From contig JAQGNS010000428.1 of assembly GCA_028291705.1 (NCBI GenBank), positions 9,255 to 73,254 on the forward strand: 64,000 bases of DNA. The letters run 5' to 3'. Of this stretch, positions 45,958 through 55,966 are shown in pieces. The DNA is from Nevskia sp. (GTDB lineage: Bacteria > Pseudomonadota > Gammaproteobacteria > Nevskiales > Nevskiaceae). The translations under genes and the position numbers were made by a program. The notes under the pieces were generated by a model, which was given only the letters and a program-made list of their open reading frames with translations, did no database searches and was not told the origin of the DNA. Position 1 is the stretch's first letter. Every line of letters starts with the position of its first letter.

Positions 45958-48402
45958 GTGAAGGTAGGACTCGGACAAGTTATACGAGATGTATTAGCCC
46001 CAAAGACGACTAGAGGGGTGCTGGCTGGCATCAGTCGACTCATGCCTGGCTGGACAGTCGCGTTTGTACTTGCTATCGGCGTATGCATCGTGTCCAGAGA
46101 CGCCTACGCCGAATCGGCTAAGTCGGCGAGATTCACCGTCGACGACGACATTGCGCTTTCCGAGTTTACAGATCCCTTATTTGGACTGGCGAATATCAAG
46201 TGGTCTCCAAATGGCCGATATATTGCGGTCGTCACGCAACGAGGTATTTTAAAGCAGAATGTCGTCAAAGCAGAATTGAGAGTGTTCTCAATAGATGCGG
46301 TTCGGAATTACGTTGATGGACACGGATCGCCGGAATTATCGGAAGGCCACGTCCTCGCAACGATGACCTCCAACGCAGGGCGTGCAGTTATTAGCGATCT
46401 AAGATGGCTGCCTGATTCAAGTGGGATCGCATTCCTTGCGAATACCGTAGATGGTCGGCGGACACTGTTTGAAGCTAGTCTGGGTGGCGACGTCGTGACT
46501 CCATTGTCAGCTGTTGATCAGATCGTGACAGCATACGATTTCAACAACGGACACTTCGCTTATACCGCCGTCAAGCCCGGAAATGTGCTGGACGATAAAA
46601 AAAGCGAGGCGGTTACGACTATTGGAACCGGAAAGGATCTGGGGCAGCTAATCGGTCCTCCCCATGATCCACTTGAGTTACCCGGTCTGAGCGAGCTATG
46701 GATCGCCGACGATGGCATGCCAAGACAGTTGAAAGATGCAGAGGGGAATCCAATTCGTGTGGCGGAAGGGAGTGGCTCTGTCGCACCCTTCCGAATATCG
46801 CCTGATGGGGTGAATGTCGTTGCGCAGCTGATAGTTTCCACTGTCCCGAAGAGTTGGGAGCGATACCGTCCTGGTGACGACTTCCCGAATCGTCGAATCA
46901 CTGCGAAAGAACAGGATCAGGATGCTCTGGGCATCGGTCCGTTATTTGATGCAATAAAGACCTTCACAATAATCAACGTTAAGACGGGCAACCTGCATTC
47001 GATATCCGGTCCGATCGGGTGGCAAGATTCGTACTACATGTCCGTTCCCGACGCTGAATGGTCGCCCGACGGCCGTTATGTTGTGCTGTCGAATGCATTT
47101 CTTGACGTGTCGCAAACGTCAGACAGCACGAATCCGAGACTGGATGCTCCCTGTATTGCAACGGTGGATGTCCGGACCGGGACCGCATCCTGTGTCATGC
47201 AACTTCCTCATTCGAAGGCGGAGATGATCGCAAAAGGAATAGGCTACGTAGAGGCAAAGAAGTTCGGGGATGGTGGTGATCAAGAGGTTGTGATTGAGGA
47301 AGAGCCCTATTCGTGGGGAGACTCTAAGACCCTTCTGTTTCGTAAGGACACTAACGATGAGTGGCACGCCCAGGGGCGTGCGGACGCAACGAAGGGTGCT
47401 GAAGCTGGCGTCAGGATTTACATCAAGCAGGGGCTAAATGACCGGCCTGTGCTCGTAGCTGAGGATAGAGGTGGTGGCCACTCAAAGGTTATCTTTGATC
47501 CGAATCCACAGTTGGAAAAAATTTCATTGGGAATTGCGTCTGTATTTCAATGGAGCGACGAGTTTGGAAGGGGTTGGACGGGAGGCCTTGTTAAACCACC
47601 CGATTACATTCCTGGACACCGCTATCCGCTTGTTATCCAGACGCATGGGTTTCTGAAAGATAGGTTTCTCACAAGTGGAGCATTTACGTCCGGAATGGCA
47701 GCGAGAGAGCTAGCCGCAGGGGGCATCATCGTCTTGCAGCTCGGTGATCCGGATGACCATGTCGTGAAGAACGCTCAGGTAGGTACGCCCGAGGAAGGCA
47801 GGATGTACCTGGCTGGTTATCAGGGCGCTATCAAAGCGCTGTCTGACGAAGGGCTAGTTGATCCTAATAAGGTAGGGCTTGTTGGGTTTAGCCGCACCGT
47901 ATATCACGTGATGAATGCCATCACCACGAGCGACATTAGATTTGCGGCCGCCTCGATCGTAGATGGAATGAATTTGGGGTACTTGCAGGAACTGGAGAGC
48001 GCGAGCGCAGGAGAGGCACCTACGATGATTGGAGCTCCACCTTTTGGAGATGGGCTGAAGCTCTGGCGTGAACGCTCGCCGGAGTTTAATTTGGATAGGG
48101 TGCAGACTCCACTTCGAGTCGAGGCCTTTGGCCGGAACGGGTTATTTGAGATGTGGGAACCCTACGCTGGGCTGCACTATTTGAAGCGACCTGTTGATCT
48201 GGTGATGCTGAATAGCAGCGAGCACGTCATCACCAACCCTGCAGTGCGTCTCGCTTCACAAGGGGGCATGGCCGATTGGATGAGATTCTGGCTGGAGGGC
48301 TATGAAGACCCCGCTCTTGCAAAGGCCGAACAATACAAGCGTTGGGAGGGGCTTCGCGAGACGCAGAATGCGCAAACGGGCGTTACACCTGCCGCGCGTT
48401 AG
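45958..48402 (+). CDS. Secreted S9 (prolyl-oligopeptidase-like) peptidase, lasso-peptide-isopeptidase-like
   Basis: Signal peptide, propeller repeats (WSPNGR, WLPDSS, WSPDGR), RYPLVIQTHGF, GLVGFSRT nucleophile, EHVITNP His. Confidence 0.8.
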   Translation: MKVGLGQVIRDVLAPKTTRGVLAGISRLMPGWTVAFVLAIGVCIVSRDAYAESAKSARFTVDDDIALSEFTDPLFGLANIKWSPNGRYIAVVTQRGILKQNVVKAELRVFSIDAVRNYVDGHGSPELSEGHVLATMTSNAGRAVISDLRWLPDSSGIAFLANTVDGRRTLFEASLGGDVVTPLSAVDQIVTAYDFNNGHFAYTAVKPGNVLDDKKSEAVTTIGTGKDLGQLIGPPHDPLELPGLSELWIADDGMPRQLKDAEGNPIRVAEGSGSVAPFRISPDGVNVVAQLIVSTVPKSWERYRPGDDFPNRRITAKEQDQDALGIGPLFDAIKTFTIINVKTGNLHSISGPIGWQDSYYMSVPDAEWSPDGRYVVLSNAFLDVSQTSDSTNPRLDAPCIATVDVRTGTASCVMQLPHSKAEMIAKGIGYVEAKKFGDGGDQEVVIEEEPYSWGDSKTLLFRKDTNDEWHAQGRADATKGAEAGVRIYIKQGLNDRPVLVAEDRGGGHSKVIFDPNPQLEKISLGIASVFQWSDEFGRGWTGGLVKPPDYIPGHRYPLVIQTHGFLKDRFLTSGAFTSGMAARELAAGGIIVLQLGDPDDHVVKNAQVGTPEEGRMYLAGYQGAIKALSDEGLVDPNKVGLVGFSRTVYHVMNAITTSDIRFAAASIVDGMNLGYLQELESASAGEAPTMIGAPPFGDGLKLWRERSPEFNLDRVQTPLRVEAFGRNGLFEMWEPYAGLHYLKRPVDLVMLNSSEHVITNPAVRLASQGGMADWMRFWLEGYEDPALAKAEQYKRWEGLRETQNAQTGVTPAAR

Positions 48403-48437
48403 GATGCTGCTCAATACCAAGGTTGGACCCAGCTCAT

Positions 48438-49889
48438 ATGTTTAAACGAAAGCTACTTTCTTGCGCGTTGACAGCGTTCGCGTTCTGGTTTCCATCAATC
48501 GCTCTTTGTAAGTCTGTTGATGCCGAGATACGCCATGTCATCGTGCTTCACGACAATGACCTGCACGGGCACCTGGAGTCGTTCTGCTACATCGAGAAGG
48601 GTCGTACCAACAAAGAGGATTGTGAACGTGGCGGCGCAGCACGGCGAGCAACGCTTATTTCAAAGCTGCGCGAGCAACGTGGTGCCAATGCTGTGCTCGT
48701 CAATGCTGGCGATACCTTTACGCGAGGCCCGCTGACTGCTGCCTACGAGGGTATTGCCGACATAGAAGCTATGAATGCCGTTGGCTACGACGTAGGAGCG
48801 CTCGGCAATAATGAGTTCAAGGCCAAGGATGGCATCGAGCGCGAGGATGCCGCAGGCGCGCAGGGTGATTTGCTTCGATTCCTTCGTCGGTCGCATTTCC
48901 CGTGGATTTGCGCAAACGTTTTGGACGAGCATGGTGCCCTGCTGCCCGGTGTCCAGCCTTTCATTGTGCGTGACGTCGGCGGGTTGCGAATCGCGTTCCT
49001 GGGGCTGACGACGCCAAATTCCACGTCCTATCCGCAGGTCAAGGGCTGGACGTTCCGCGATCCGGTGGAAGCCGCGACAGAGTGGATTCCAAAAGCCCGT
49101 GCGGAAGCTGACGTGGTTATAGCCGTTACGCACTTGGGCGTGGATGCAGATCGCGATTTGGTGCAGAAGACCCGCGGGGTCGATGCGGTGATCGGCGGAC
49201 ATTCACACACCTTCCTGTACACGCCCATAGAAGAGAATAATCTGGACGCCCAAGTTGTACCCATCGTCCAGGATGGCGAGTTTGGGGTCGATTTGGGTCG
49301 GCTAGACCTGACGTTCGTCCGCGGCTCCGATGGAAGTTGGAGGCTCCGCCACTTCCACGATGTGCTCATTCCTGTAGATGTCCGCGACAGGCTAGACCCG
49401 AAGATTGCCGCCTTGGTTCAACGGTATGCTGCTCCGCTGGAAGTTCCTGTTGGACGCTTGCCCGCGCCAGTAGCGGCAACACTCGCTACGCGCCGGGTAC
49501 AGACCGGCGAGCAGTTGGCTGTCGCGTTCCGCAACGCAGCCCACGCCGAACTCGGCCTCCATCCCGAGGGATTCCTGTATGAGGTATTCCGTCGCCGGAC
49601 GGTCCGCCCCTACGACATCCGCGCCATACTTCCATTTAAATTGCACGTCGTCGCCGTGCAAGTGCCTGGGGATCGACTGTGTGCCGTGGTGAAGAAGGAA
49701 AGCGAAGACGGCCCGTTGCGTCTTTCGGCGGAGATATCGACGCTCGACTGTAGCCGTCCATATCGGGTGGGTATGTTGGATTCCGTTGCCAAGAGCCACT
49801 TCGACGGCTTGGACGCTCAGGATACGGATGTTCTGAATTGGGATGCCGTGCAGCAATCCCTGGAACCGCTTTTGGCTGCGGTCCGATAG
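48438..49889 (+). CDS. 5'-nucleotidase/UDP-sugar hydrolase family metallophosphoesterase
   Basis: Signal peptide, HDNDLHG, NAGDTF, GNNEF, VTHLG, GGHSHT. Confidence 0.88.
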   Translation: MFKRKLLSCALTAFAFWFPSIALCKSVDAEIRHVIVLHDNDLHGHLESFCYIEKGRTNKEDCERGGAARRATLISKLREQRGANAVLVNAGDTFTRGPLTAAYEGIADIEAMNAVGYDVGALGNNEFKAKDGIEREDAAGAQGDLLRFLRRSHFPWICANVLDEHGALLPGVQPFIVRDVGGLRIAFLGLTTPNSTSYPQVKGWTFRDPVEAATEWIPKARAEADVVIAVTHLGVDADRDLVQKTRGVDAVIGGHSHTFLYTPIEENNLDAQVVPIVQDGEFGVDLGRLDLTFVRGSDGSWRLRHFHDVLIPVDVRDRLDPKIAALVQRYAAPLEVPVGRLPAPVAATLATRRVQTGEQLAVAFRNAAHAELGLHPEGFLYEVFRRRTVRPYDIRAILPFKLHVVAVQVPGDRLCAVVKKESEDGPLRLSAEISTLDCSRPYRVGMLDSVAKSHFDGLDAQDTDVLNWDAVQQSLEPLLAAVR

Positions 49890-49946
49890 AGAAGCCGCCC
49901 GATTCATGACACCTGCCGCGGTTTATCCCTAACGCGGTAGTTCCTT

Positions 49947-49991
49947 GCGCTCCGCCGGTTCCTCCCTAGCCGGCGGAGCGCTCTTCTTATT
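49947..49991 (+). terminator. Rho-independent terminator-like hairpin
   Basis: 12-bp stem GCGCTCCGCCGG/CCGGCGGAGCGC followed by TCTTCTTATT. Confidence 0.55.
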
Positions 49992-50004
49992 CCAGGAGGC
50001 ATCA

Positions 50005-50343
50005 TTGAAGTCTTTTGCTCCAATCGTTGTGCTGTGGCTTCCGCTCTTGGCGATCGCTCAGACGCCGGATTCGAGCGGGGTATCCAGTGAATCGGTGCCG
50101 TTGCCAGCTTGCACGCAACCCGTACTTCCCCCGCGGATTCAGCCGCGCTCGGAGGACTTGGATCGCTTCGGCCGAGAACTCTTCGGCTACCGCAAGTGTG
50201 TTGAGGCTTATGTAAAAGACCGTAGCGATGATATGCGGCGTGAAAATGCCCTGGCACGCGCCAATGCCGATGCTGCAAATGCCGCCGTGCAAAGGCTCAA
50301 CGATTTGATGAAGCAGATACAAAACAACGCCAGCAGCCCATAG
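50005..50343 (+). CDS. Hypothetical exported helical protein
   Basis: AGGAGG RBS before TTG; signal-like LWLPLLAIAQ; two Cys; coiled-coil-like C-terminus. Confidence 0.6.
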   Translation: MKSFAPIVVLWLPLLAIAQTPDSSGVSSESVPLPACTQPVLPPRIQPRSEDLDRFGRELFGYRKCVEAYVKDRSDDMRRENALARANADAANAAVQRLNDLMKQIQNNASSP

Positions 50344-50356
50344 CGGATGATCTTCA

Positions 50357-51742
50357 ATGCGCACAAGTCTGTTTGACCTCTACAAGATCGGCATCGGACC
50401 CTCCAGTTCCCATACGGTGGGACCCATGAGGGCAGCCGGACGGTTCATAGATCATCTGAAAATTGAAGGATTGTTAGGTTCTGTAACCGCCCTGCGCGTC
50501 GAGCTATATGGTTCCCTAGCCCTCACCGGCCAGGGGCATGGTACGGACCGAGGCATTCAGTTGGGGCTATTAGGTCAACGTCCGGACCTGGTGGAGATCG
50601 ACAGCATTGACGGTCTTCTGGGTGAAATTGCGAGAAGCGGGTCGATACGCTTGGGCGGCGTAAATCCAATACCTTTCATTCTCGATGCCGACTTGGTTTG
50701 GCATCCGGATCAGGTTTTGCCGGGGCATCCAAACGGGATGCGCTTCACCGCTTTTTCGAGTAGCCGGGAGATTATTGAGGGTGCGTTGACGAGCGAAATC
50801 CTTGAACAACGAATTTACTACTCCATTGGTGGCGGTTTCGTCGTTGGGGACGGAGAGGAGGACGGTGCCCAATATCGGAACGGTGTCATCTACCCTTTCT
50901 CAAGTGGTAAGAATCTGTTGGAGATTGGCCGAAGATCCGGAATGCGGATTGATCAGATTATGTTGGTCAATGAATGCACTTGGCGGGACGAAGGAGAGGT
51001 TCAGATAGGCATCCACCGCCTATGGAAGGCTATGCACGCCTGCATCGATCGGGGCATGGCATCGGAGGGTGTGCTACCAGGTGCACTCAAACTAACCCGT
51101 CGGGCACCGGGTCTGGCTAAGCAGCTACAGGGTCAAGTGGCGGAAGACCCATTCCGTGCGATGGATTGGCTCAACGTGTATGCCATCGCCGTGAACGAGG
51201 AGAACGCCGCCGGCGGGCGGATCGTCACAGCGCCCACTAACGGAGCCGCCGGTATCGTGCCTGCGGTGGCGCGCTACTACTGGAGCCAGCTCAACGGCGA
51301 CACGCTGGGAATCGAGCGCTTCTTCCTGGCCTCGGCTGCCATTGGCGTGCTGTACAAGGAAAACGCCTCCATCTCGGGTGCGGAAGTAGGGTGCCAAGGG
51401 GAGGTGGGCGTGGCCTGTTCGATGGCAGCGGCCGGTCTGGCGGCGGCGCTTGGTGGCAGCAACGAGCAGGTCGAGCATGCTGCCGAGATAGCCATGGAGC
51501 ACAACCTGGGCATGACCTGCGATCCGATTGGCGGCCTGGTGCAGATTTCGTGCATCGAGCGCAATGCCTTCGGCGCGGTGAAAGCGGTTAACGCCGCCCG
51601 TATGGCGCTGCGGGAGACTGGGGAGCACAAGGTTTCCCTGGACCAGGTGATTCGCATCATGCACCAGACCGGTTTGGATATGCAGAGCCGCTACAAGGAG
51701 ATTTCCCTTGGTGGCTTGGCGGTCAATGTTACTGAATGTTGA
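50357..51742 (+). CDS. sdaA: L-serine ammonia-lyase (single-chain Fe-S type)
   Basis: [47 protein letters not shown]. Confidence 0.95.
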   Translation: MRTSLFDLYKIGIGPSSSHTVGPMRAAGRFIDHLKIEGLLGSVTALRVELYGSLALTGQGHGTDRGIQLGLLGQRPDLVEIDSIDGLLGEIARSGSIRLGGVNPIPFILDADLVWHPDQVLPGHPNGMRFTAFSSSREIIEGALTSEILEQRIYYSIGGGFVVGDGEEDGAQYRNGVIYPFSSGKNLLEIGRRSGMRIDQIMLVNECTWRDEGEVQIGIHRLWKAMHACIDRGMASEGVLPGALKLTRRAPGLAKQLQGQVAEDPFRAMDWLNVYAIAVNEENAAGGRIVTAPTNGAAGIVPAVARYYWSQLNGDTLGIERFFLASAAIGVLYKENASISGAEVGCQGEVGVACSMAAAGLAAALGGSNEQVEHAAEIAMEHNLGMTCDPIGGLVQISCIERNAFGAVKAVNAARMALRETGEHKVSLDQVIRIMHQTGLDMQSRYKEISLGGLAVNVTEC

Positions 51743-51877
51743 CGATGAATCTTCGATTGGGCAGGACCCCAGCAGGACTTCGACTTATGAGGCGAATGAC
51801 GCGGCTGGCCCGAATTACGGGCCGGATCGCAGCGACTCATTCCCCTTCCCAGTTGATTTCCGAACCGACCTGTTGCC

Positions 51878-52153
51878 ATGACTCCCCACTTTTCTTGTTG
51901 TCTGCTGACCATCGAGGCCGATTGCCACGCCCAAACACCGCTTCAGGTGTTGGGATTAGTGACGTGCCATAACGTCCTGCCGACATGGTTCAGTGTTCGG
52001 CCCGTAGGGCAGGGAAGCATCCGGATCGTCATGGAACTTGATGGATTCGACGTAGAGGCGACGGAGCAGATGACAAAGCGCATCGCCAACTTTCCAAGCG
52101 TAGTCCGCGTGTCGAGAACCCTGATGAACAAACGCACACCTATCCAGCCTTGA
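51878..52153 (+). CDS. Small ACT-like domain protein
   Basis: Alternating beta-alpha pattern LTIEAD...QVLGLV...IRIVMEL...KRIANFPSVVRV, as in stand-alone ACT proteins. Confidence 0.55.
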   Translation: MTPHFSCCLLTIEADCHAQTPLQVLGLVTCHNVLPTWFSVRPVGQGSIRIVMELDGFDVEATEQMTKRIANFPSVVRVSRTLMNKRTPIQP

Positions 52154-52216
52154 GCGCGCTGCGACGGGCAGGCTCTTGCATGCCGATGTTGTGATCGATG
52201 CTGCAAGTTGGGCGCT

Positions 52217-52468
52217 CTACCCAAACAAAACATCGTATTCATCGCTCAGGCGCATCAACAGCGCCGACAAATGCTTGGTGCAACCTGCGCTGCACGTCGT
52301 CGGGCCGAGGCTCGGCAGCCAGTTCGAGGTGCCGTCGACGGGCGTTCTTTCGATAATCCCGATAGGCAGGCAGTCGCTGCAGTCCGCCTCGCGGCGGACG
52401 CCGTGCATGCGCTTTCGTATCAGTTCCAGCAGCGCGTCCTTTTGAATCGTTTTGCGCATGTATCCCAT
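52217..52468 (-). CDS. Small hypothetical protein with a CxxC-x-CxxxC pattern
   Basis: MRKTIQKDALLELIRKRM...CSDC...NW...CSAGC...EYDV. Confidence 0.55.
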   Translation of the reverse strand: MGYMRKTIQKDALLELIRKRMHGVRREADCSDCLPIGIIERTPVDGTSNWLPSLGPTTCSAGCTKHLSALLMRLSDEYDVLFG

Positions 52469-53042
52469 TGTCAGTCCCAGTAACGTGCTCTAAAAAGCTC
52501 TCTCTGATTCGAGCCTGGCTTATCTTTCTTCGGCACCGGGCTCTTCGGCTCCGGTGGTATCACTCTCTGCAGCACCGGTTGTTCGGCGGGCATTGTATAG
52601 ACGCCCGTAAAGATCGTGTACTCGGGTTCATGCCGAGTTCAAAGCAAATCCAATGCCTGAGGCCAATGCAGTGGTCGGGGGACTCGAAATCCTAGCGCCC
52701 GGGTTTGTAGCGGCCTTTCCCCGAGGTATACCACCCCCATGATCAGCGCCGAGATCTGGCTATGGCCGTCATGGTCGGGTGCCATCGGGACGATCCGGTC
52801 CCCTCAGGAAAGCGGGATTGGCCACCGACGATGAGCTTGAGGCCGACCTTTTCAGCGACTTCACGGGAGCGGACGATGCCGACTATGCCATCAGGTGAAA
52901 GGATAGCTGCGGCACAGACTGCCTGAATATCACCCCCTGGCCATAGTGTAGCCCACGGTCTTGGGATCGCCTGCCCGAGCGGTACTCCGTCACGTTTTCG
53001 CTCCGAAGGCTGAGCTATTCTGACGGCATGGCGACGGCCTAG

Positions 53043-53882
53043 ATGACCGTCGGGGAAAGCACCATGACGAATACCCAGGATTTGCAGGTATTGAAAGCCC
53101 GACTGAAGGCCACCTGGATGGCTGGCGACTCCGGCGAAGTCGCGCGGTACAGCGAGGATGAAGCGGAGCGCTTCATTGCCCGGCGCGGCAATATCCGCGG
53201 CTTCCGCCTGCTCGATGTGGCCTGCGGTACCGGCAATCTAAGCCTCCCGGCCGCCTGCAACGAAGCGCTGGTTACCGGCCTCGACATCGCCCCGAACCTG
53301 CTCGATCAGGCCCGCGCCCGCGCCAGGGAAGCCGGCCTGCACATCCACTACGACGAGGGCGATGCCGAAGCCTTGCCGTACCCCGACGGTTCCTTCGATT
53401 TGGTGGTGAGCATGTTCGGGGCGATGTTCGCGCCGCGACCGGAGCAGGTCGCCACCGAGTTGATCCGGGTCTGCCGGCCACAGGGCAGCCAGATCGTCAT
53501 GGCCAACTGGACCCCGCGCGGCTTCATTGGCGAAATGTTCAGGCTCACAGCCGCGCACATCCCGCCGCCGCCCGGTATGCCCCCTCCGGTGCTGTGGGGA
53601 GATGAGGCCACCGTGCGGCAGCGGCTGGGGCAGGGTATCGGCGAGCTGTGCTACACCCCCGTACTGATGCCGATCCAGCTGCCGTTCACGGTGCTGGAGA
53701 CGATCGAATTCTACCGCAGCTATTACGGGCCGACGCAGAAGGCCTTCGCCGCGCTGTCGGTGGACGGTCAGGATGCCTTGCGCTGCGACCTGCACGACCT
53801 GTGGACCCGGCACAACCAGGCCACGGATGGCAGCGTGCGGGTCGAGGCCGAATATTTGGAAGTGGTAGCGACGCTGGCCTAA
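53043..53882 (+). CDS. Class I SAM-dependent methyltransferase (UbiE-like)
   Basis: LLDVACGTG, GLDIAP, GDAEALPY, FDLVVSMFGAMFAP. Confidence 0.9.
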   Translation: MTVGESTMTNTQDLQVLKARLKATWMAGDSGEVARYSEDEAERFIARRGNIRGFRLLDVACGTGNLSLPAACNEALVTGLDIAPNLLDQARARAREAGLHIHYDEGDAEALPYPDGSFDLVVSMFGAMFAPRPEQVATELIRVCRPQGSQIVMANWTPRGFIGEMFRLTAAHIPPPPGMPPPVLWGDEATVRQRLGQGIGELCYTPVLMPIQLPFTVLETIEFYRSYYGPTQKAFAALSVDGQDALRCDLHDLWTRHNQATDGSVRVEAEYLEVVATLA

Positions 53883-53921
53883 GCTGTACGCCGGGCGTGC
53901 AGTCGATCTAGAGGCAAAGGC

Positions 53922-54302
53922 ATGGCAACATTGGATCACCTCATCCTCAAGGTCGACGACTTAGACGCCAGCGTCGAGTTCTACACCCGCATCCTCGGCT
54001 TCGTCTTGGAAGGCCGGGACGGGCCGTTCACCGTGATCCGCGTCAACCCCGACTTTCAACTGCAGCTGGCGCCCTACGGCACCGCCGGATCCGAGCACTA
54101 CGCCTTCGCTGTATCGGGGGACGAATTCGACGTTATTTTCGGTCGCCTCAAAGCGGCAGGCATCGCCTATGGCCCGAGCTTCAATTCGGTGGGTACCAAC
54201 ACCGGGCCCGGGGAGGAATCCGGCGCCCACGGTTCTGCGCCGACCCTATACTTCTTCGAACCCAATCGGCACCTGCTCGAAATCCGGTCCTATGAGAAGT
54301 GA
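53922..54302 (+). CDS. VOC/glyoxalase family protein
   Basis: LDHLILKVDDLDASVEFY, HYAF, YFFEPNRHLLEI. Confidence 0.9.
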   Translation: MATLDHLILKVDDLDASVEFYTRILGFVLEGRDGPFTVIRVNPDFQLQLAPYGTAGSEHYAFAVSGDEFDVIFGRLKAAGIAYGPSFNSVGTNTGPGEESGAHGSAPTLYFFEPNRHLLEIRSYEK

Positions 54303-54506
54303 GCCGCTCCCGGAAAATCGCCTAGAGGCCCTTCCATGGGTGAACGCGAAGGCGCAGGGCTGAAAAACAAATCAGTGGCCGCATCCAGCAGATAGCAAGC
54401 CGTGCCCGCCGGGCCACGCTTTCGTGCTGCGCATCAAACCGCCATACGCCGTTTCGCCCCTGCGGATTCAATCGCTCGCGGAACGGCGAGTCAGCATTTT
54501 GCTTTT

Positions 54507-54637
54507 GCCGGCGCAGGTTCAGACGGTAAACCGCACCGTCTCAACCTAAACGCGCCGGCGGGCGGAGAGCGGTCGGCCTGTGGTTCGGTGCTCGAGCTAC
54601 GTGCCGCGACCTCGTCCGTTTGCCCACCGCCCCCGGC
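54507..54637 (+). repeat. Structured repeat, copy 1
   Basis: 84/88 identical to 56487-56574 over the core; long hairpin at 54507-54559. Confidence 0.85.
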
Positions 54638-54762
54638 CACTCGCATAGCGCCCATATCCTACCGTGCGTCGTTGTAATGATCGGAAAAGGAGACTTTTGC
54701 GCTATTTCTAGCGTGCCGTTTGCGCCTGTTTCGAACGGGACGGCATTGTAGGGGGAACGAGC

Positions 54763-55113
54763 GTGGAAGCTGAAGTAAAGAAGGGGCCGGATGAGAAATT
54801 CTGCGCGGACTGCGGAGCAATCATCAAGGCAAAAGCTGAAATCTGCCCGAAGTGCGGCGTACGGCAGATGCCGGCGCCGGCACCTCCGGCCCCCATCTAT
54901 GGCATGGCCGGAGATCCTACGCTTCGGAAATGCCTTTCATGCAGTTACCAAGGGCAGATGAAAACCTGGCTGCGAAACTCGAACGTCGCACAGCTCATAG
55001 CGATTGTGGGATTGTTGCTATGGGTGCTGCCTGGTGTGGCTTTCATTGCCTGGGCCTGGGGCAAGTACAAATGCCCCAATTGTGGGGAACTGGGAAAGAA
55101 CGCGCCGGCATAG
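54763..55113 (+). CDS. Zinc-ribbon membrane protein (double CxxC ribbon plus LITAF-like CxxC-TM-CxxC)
   Basis: KFCADCG...ICPKCG, Pro-rich linker, KCLSC, hydrophobic stretch, YKCPNCG. Confidence 0.8.
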   Translation: MEAEVKKGPDEKFCADCGAIIKAKAEICPKCGVRQMPAPAPPAPIYGMAGDPTLRKCLSCSYQGQMKTWLRNSNVAQLIAIVGLLLWVLPGVAFIAWAWGKYKCPNCGELGKNAPA

Positions 55114-55158
55114 CTGGATGGCGTCCTGATATAGACGGGTTTTGAGGGGGCGTCTGCG

Positions 55159-55716
55159 ATGAAATTCTACAGTTTTACGGCTATGGTTCTTGCTCTGGCG
55201 TGCGTGTCGGGTTGCGCCAGCGTGCATCAGCGGGATTATGTGACCGGCTTTGGTGGCATGGAATCGAAAACCGACACGTTTTCGGGCGCGGCAGTGAAGG
55301 ACACAGGCAAAGGATTTTTGGTATGTGCCGGGCTGGAGGGCAGATTCTGCCTGTCGGGATACTCAATGTCGTTTCACTGGAGCGCTGAAACACCCAACAT
55401 CATTGTGGTGTCCGCCGCCGCTAATGATGCTAGACCGGTGGTGAATCTTGAGATCAACAACAATCACGTTATCAGTCAACTGAAGTCGAACCCCGCTTCG
55501 GGCGCGGCTGCAGCAGGGAAATTTCAATTGACTCTCGCGGAGGCCAACAGCCTGTTGGCTTCCCAGTATGTCCTGATCCGAGCCACCTTATCGGACGGAA
55601 AAGTCCCACCTTCCACGGACTTCAACAGGCACATGCCCGGTCCCGGCCAGGTCACTGCCAAGGATATGTTATCGGAACTGGTCAGCCAGATTGAGAGCCA
55701 GGCCAACGCCAGGTAA
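55159..55716 (+). CDS. Hypothetical lipoprotein
   Basis: MKFYSFTAMVLALACVSGC lipobox. Confidence 0.7.
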   Translation: MKFYSFTAMVLALACVSGCASVHQRDYVTGFGGMESKTDTFSGAAVKDTGKGFLVCAGLEGRFCLSGYSMSFHWSAETPNIIVVSAAANDARPVVNLEINNNHVISQLKSNPASGAAAAGKFQLTLAEANSLLASQYVLIRATLSDGKVPPSTDFNRHMPGPGQVTAKDMLSELVSQIESQANAR

Positions 55717-55803
55717 CGCCAGTGGCCGGTAAATCTCCGCAAACTCCTTATGGCGTACCATAGTACGAGAGCAACGGATTGCTCGAATTGCGGGAGAGAT
55801 TTG

Positions 55804-55926
55804 ATGCTGCTCACGTACTACGATCAGCGGTTTGGGCGACAACGGGTGAAGCGACGCTTTGTCTGGGCCTTCGGGGCATTCGCGCTGGGGCTGCTGATCG
55901 GGGTCTTACTGGCGCACGCGTTCTGA
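55804..55926 (+). CDS. Small single-pass membrane protein (40 aa), absent from the ORF track
   Basis: GGGAGAG RBS. MLLTYYDQRFGRQRVKRRFVWAFGAFALGLLIGVLLAHAF aligns ungapped with the 8760-8918 protein. Confidence 0.65.
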   Translation: MLLTYYDQRFGRQRVKRRFVWAFGAFALGLLIGVLLAHAF

Positions 55927-55966
55927 CATGGCCTTATTGTCGGGCGCCGATGTGGTCGGCCAGTCT

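Noticed and set aside
48792-48800. GTAGGAGCG match to the tRNA 3' end as a distal attR
   Set aside because: Only 9 bp, inside the nucleotidase CDS, with no att arms. No convincing distal duplicate of the tRNA end was seen in the window.
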